Below are positions 62,505 through 64,000 of a stretch of DNA of 64,000 nt, one piece after another. The notes beneath the pieces are model-generated. The model worked only from the letters and a program-made list of their open reading frames with translations, had not been told where the DNA came from and searched no databases. Origin of the DNA: an uncultured Gammaproteobacteria bacterium (GTDB taxonomy: Bacteria > Patescibacteriota > Microgenomatia > Daviesbacterales > UBA10151); NCBI GenBank assembly GCA_964551605.1, contig CAZKCV010000003.1:15474-79473 (forward strand), written 5' to 3'. A program made the translations under genes and the position numbers. The stretch's first letter is position 1, and every line of letters starts with the position of its first letter.

Positions 62505-62858
62505 TTACGCGGCGCAAGCTAGATGAACAGCAGCCGGCAAGCTAGGACCTACTGTAAAACAATTTTCGCTGTCTTTTGGATCCGTAATACAAAGCCTATC
62601 AGGTAGTACTTCCAGAGTACCATTTTTGATTTGCAGCCTTATAGGTATCCCTCTCAAAGGATATATTGCTATGTTGCAAAATTGAGAGAAAGGAGTTTCT
62701 GTTCGGACAGTTAAGGATACAAAATTGCCTGTTGTTGGGTCCTTTCCATCTATGAAAGTAGCCCCTTTGGGGAATGCTGCAGATCCTCTAGGGACCTGTA
62801 CCGCTTCAGTATTTAATGCTCGTGCCACTTCGCCTAAATTTTCTCTACTCAGAAACAT
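62505..62858 (-). CDS. hypothetical protein
   Basis: 117-aa ORF with no motif. Lies in tandem with the following ORF. Confidence 0.3.
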   Translation of the reverse strand: MFLSRENLGEVARALNTEAVQVPRGSAAFPKGATFIDGKDPTTGNFVSLTVRTETPFSQFCNIAIYPLRGIPIRLQIKNGTLEVLPDRLCITDPKDSENCFTVGPSLPAAVHLACAA

Positions 62859-62866
62859 ATAATAAA

Positions 62867-63211
62867 TTACTTTGTATGATGGTAAATAGTAGCCGATGAG
62901 TCAGGATTTATGGTAATACCATCTGTTTCATTTCCAATCCCAATTCCGCCTTCCGGCGTGTCTATAAAGTTACCATTTAATATATCAATTCTATGTATTT
63001 CGCCATTTGGAGCAACTGCTTCTGCACTGCATAACTCTGTGACCCTATTAACCTGTTCTATTCTCAATGCTACCCCTAATCTCCCTCTGCCGCTTGTAGG
63101 AAAAGATAGGATATGGGCAACTCCGCTAGGGCCCCAGGTTATGCCTTCACCAAGAATTTTGGCTACTTGAGCAAAATCTCCTATGCGTTCAGCACCTAAT
63201 CTTCCACTCAT
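62867..63211 (-). CDS. hypothetical protein (Gly-rich)
   Basis: 114-aa ORF with no motif. Confidence 0.3.
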   Translation of the reverse strand: MSGRLGAERIGDFAQVAKILGEGITWGPSGVAHILSFPTSGRGRLGVALRIEQVNRVTELCSAEAVAPNGEIHRIDILNGNFIDTPEGGIGIGNETDGITINPDSSATIYHHTK

Positions 63212-63242
63212 ATATTATGAATACCTCTTTTCATACCAGATG

Positions 63243-64000
63243 TCAAGTCGCTGGCCAACTGGTAGTCATGATGGATTTACCCTGGTGTGGCAATTTCTGC
63301 CAAAGCTCTTCTGTTAGAAATGGCATGAATGGGTGTAACAGCTCTAGGGATGTCTTCAGAACATATTCCAGGGTTGGTTGGGCTTCGGCTCGTCTGGTTT
63401 TCGTAGATTCAATATATTTATCGGCAAATTCATGCCAGATGAACTCATATAAAACTTCAGTAGCCAAGTGTAATTGAAAGCTCTCAAGATTTTTAGTAAC
63501 AGACTTTATTGTTTTGTCTAGTTCTTCCATGATTTTTTTATCATCCGCATTTTTCATTTGTACCACGATCGTGGGACGTTTGTTTTTTATGGCTTCAGGT
63601 TTCAGTTCAATTATAAATCTATAGATATTGCGCAGTTTGGTGCCGAAATTGCGGAAGTTTTTACATCTTTCATCCATCTGTTGTCTGGAGGTCCGGCCAT
63701 CCCGGCCGGGAATGGAATACCCATAAAGAGCCATTCTGGTAGAATCAACGCCCCACTGGGCTACCAAATCATAGGGACTGATGCCGTTTCCTAAAGATTT
63801 GGAGAATTTCCGGCCTTGTAAGTCTCTTAACATGCCATGAAAGAACATATTCCTAAAAGGGATATCGTCCTTAAACCACAGTCCCAGCATGATCATCCTG
63901 GCAATCCAGAGGAATTTAATTTCCGGGGCTGAGGTTTCAAAATCCCAGGGGTAGTATTTTTTAAGTTCTGTTGTCTCATCAGGCCCGCCTGCATCGCTAT
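63243..64000 (-). CDS. valS: valyl-tRNA synthetase, C-terminal part (5' end beyond window)
   Basis: WVARMIM-like ETSAPEIKFLWIARMIMLGLWF, FRNMFFHGMLRD, KFSKSLGNGISPYDLVAQWGVDSTRMAL (KMSKS region) and NFGTKLRNIYRFI (ValRS NFCNKLWNA-like). The ORF is open to the window end. Confidence 0.6.
   Translation of the reverse strand, partial: SDAGGPDETTELKKYYPWDFETSAPEIKFLWIARMIMLGLWFKDDIPFRNMFFHGMLRDLQGRKFSKSLGNGISPYDLVAQWGVDSTRMALYGYSIPGRDGRTSRQQMDERCKNFRNFGTKLRNIYRFIIELKPEAIKNKRPTIVVQMKNADDKKIMEELDKTIKSVTKNLESFQLHLATEVLYEFIWHEFADKYIESTKTRRAEAQPTLEYVLKTSLELLHPFMPFLTEELWQKLPHQGKSIMTTSWPAT

Noticed and set aside
63217-63477. 86-aa plus-strand ORF
   Set aside because: It is antisense to the well-supported valS C-terminal region.

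Overview
This 64-kb window looks like a low-GC (~40-45%), gene-dense genome from a reduced bacterium, with many short ORFs, abundant toxin-antitoxin pairs and a large type IV secretion (T4SS)-like pilus locus. That resembles Candidate Phyla Radiation (Patescibacteria)-type genomes, but this is inference. The genetic code appears standard. The main contents are listed below.

- **Replication-origin neighbourhood (45.8-52.5 kb):** dnaA and dnaN sit on the minus strand with DnaA boxes and an AT-rich stretch around dnaA. The divergent rpmH-rnpA-yidD-yidC-jag cluster is on the plus strand.
- **T4SS-like island (28.8-45.7 kb):** it holds one large pilin-domain protein and five small VirB2/TrbC-like pilin paralogs. 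It also holds a VirB6/TrbL-like polytopic membrane protein and a VirB4 ATPase that is apparently split into two overlapping ORFs. Further members are a putative cell-wall hydrolase, a 1199-aa soluble hypothetical protein, a Zn-ribbon protein, and two four-helix-bundle (rRNA-IVS type) genes.
- **Four-helix-bundle insertion:** one of the two four-helix-bundle genes is flanked by perfect 20-bp direct repeats, suggesting an insertion into the pilin array.
- **tRNA genes:** there are eight, including a tRNA-Asn(GUU) interrupted by a ~194-nt group I intron that carries recognisable P/Q/R/S core elements. A LAGLIDADG and an HNH homing-endonuclease-type gene flank a tRNA cluster near comFC.
- **Housekeeping and other genes:** dnaG-rpoD, smpB, tlyA, a NUDIX hydrolase, rnhA, rplY (L25/Ctc) and a partial valS. 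There is a two-component system, a ZIP transporter and two Fic/Doc-type genes, one with a His-to-Gln substitution in the core motif. Several type II toxin-antitoxin pairs are present (BrnTA, two VapBC-type, DUF433/DUF5615). Polysaccharide-type membrane proteins and an epimerase-DUF4012 fusion complete the set.
- **Further observations:** two likely frameshifted genes at poly-A runs, a heptamer-repeat palindromic element present at two intergenic sites, and palindromic operators overlapping the promoters of leaderless toxin-antitoxin operons.
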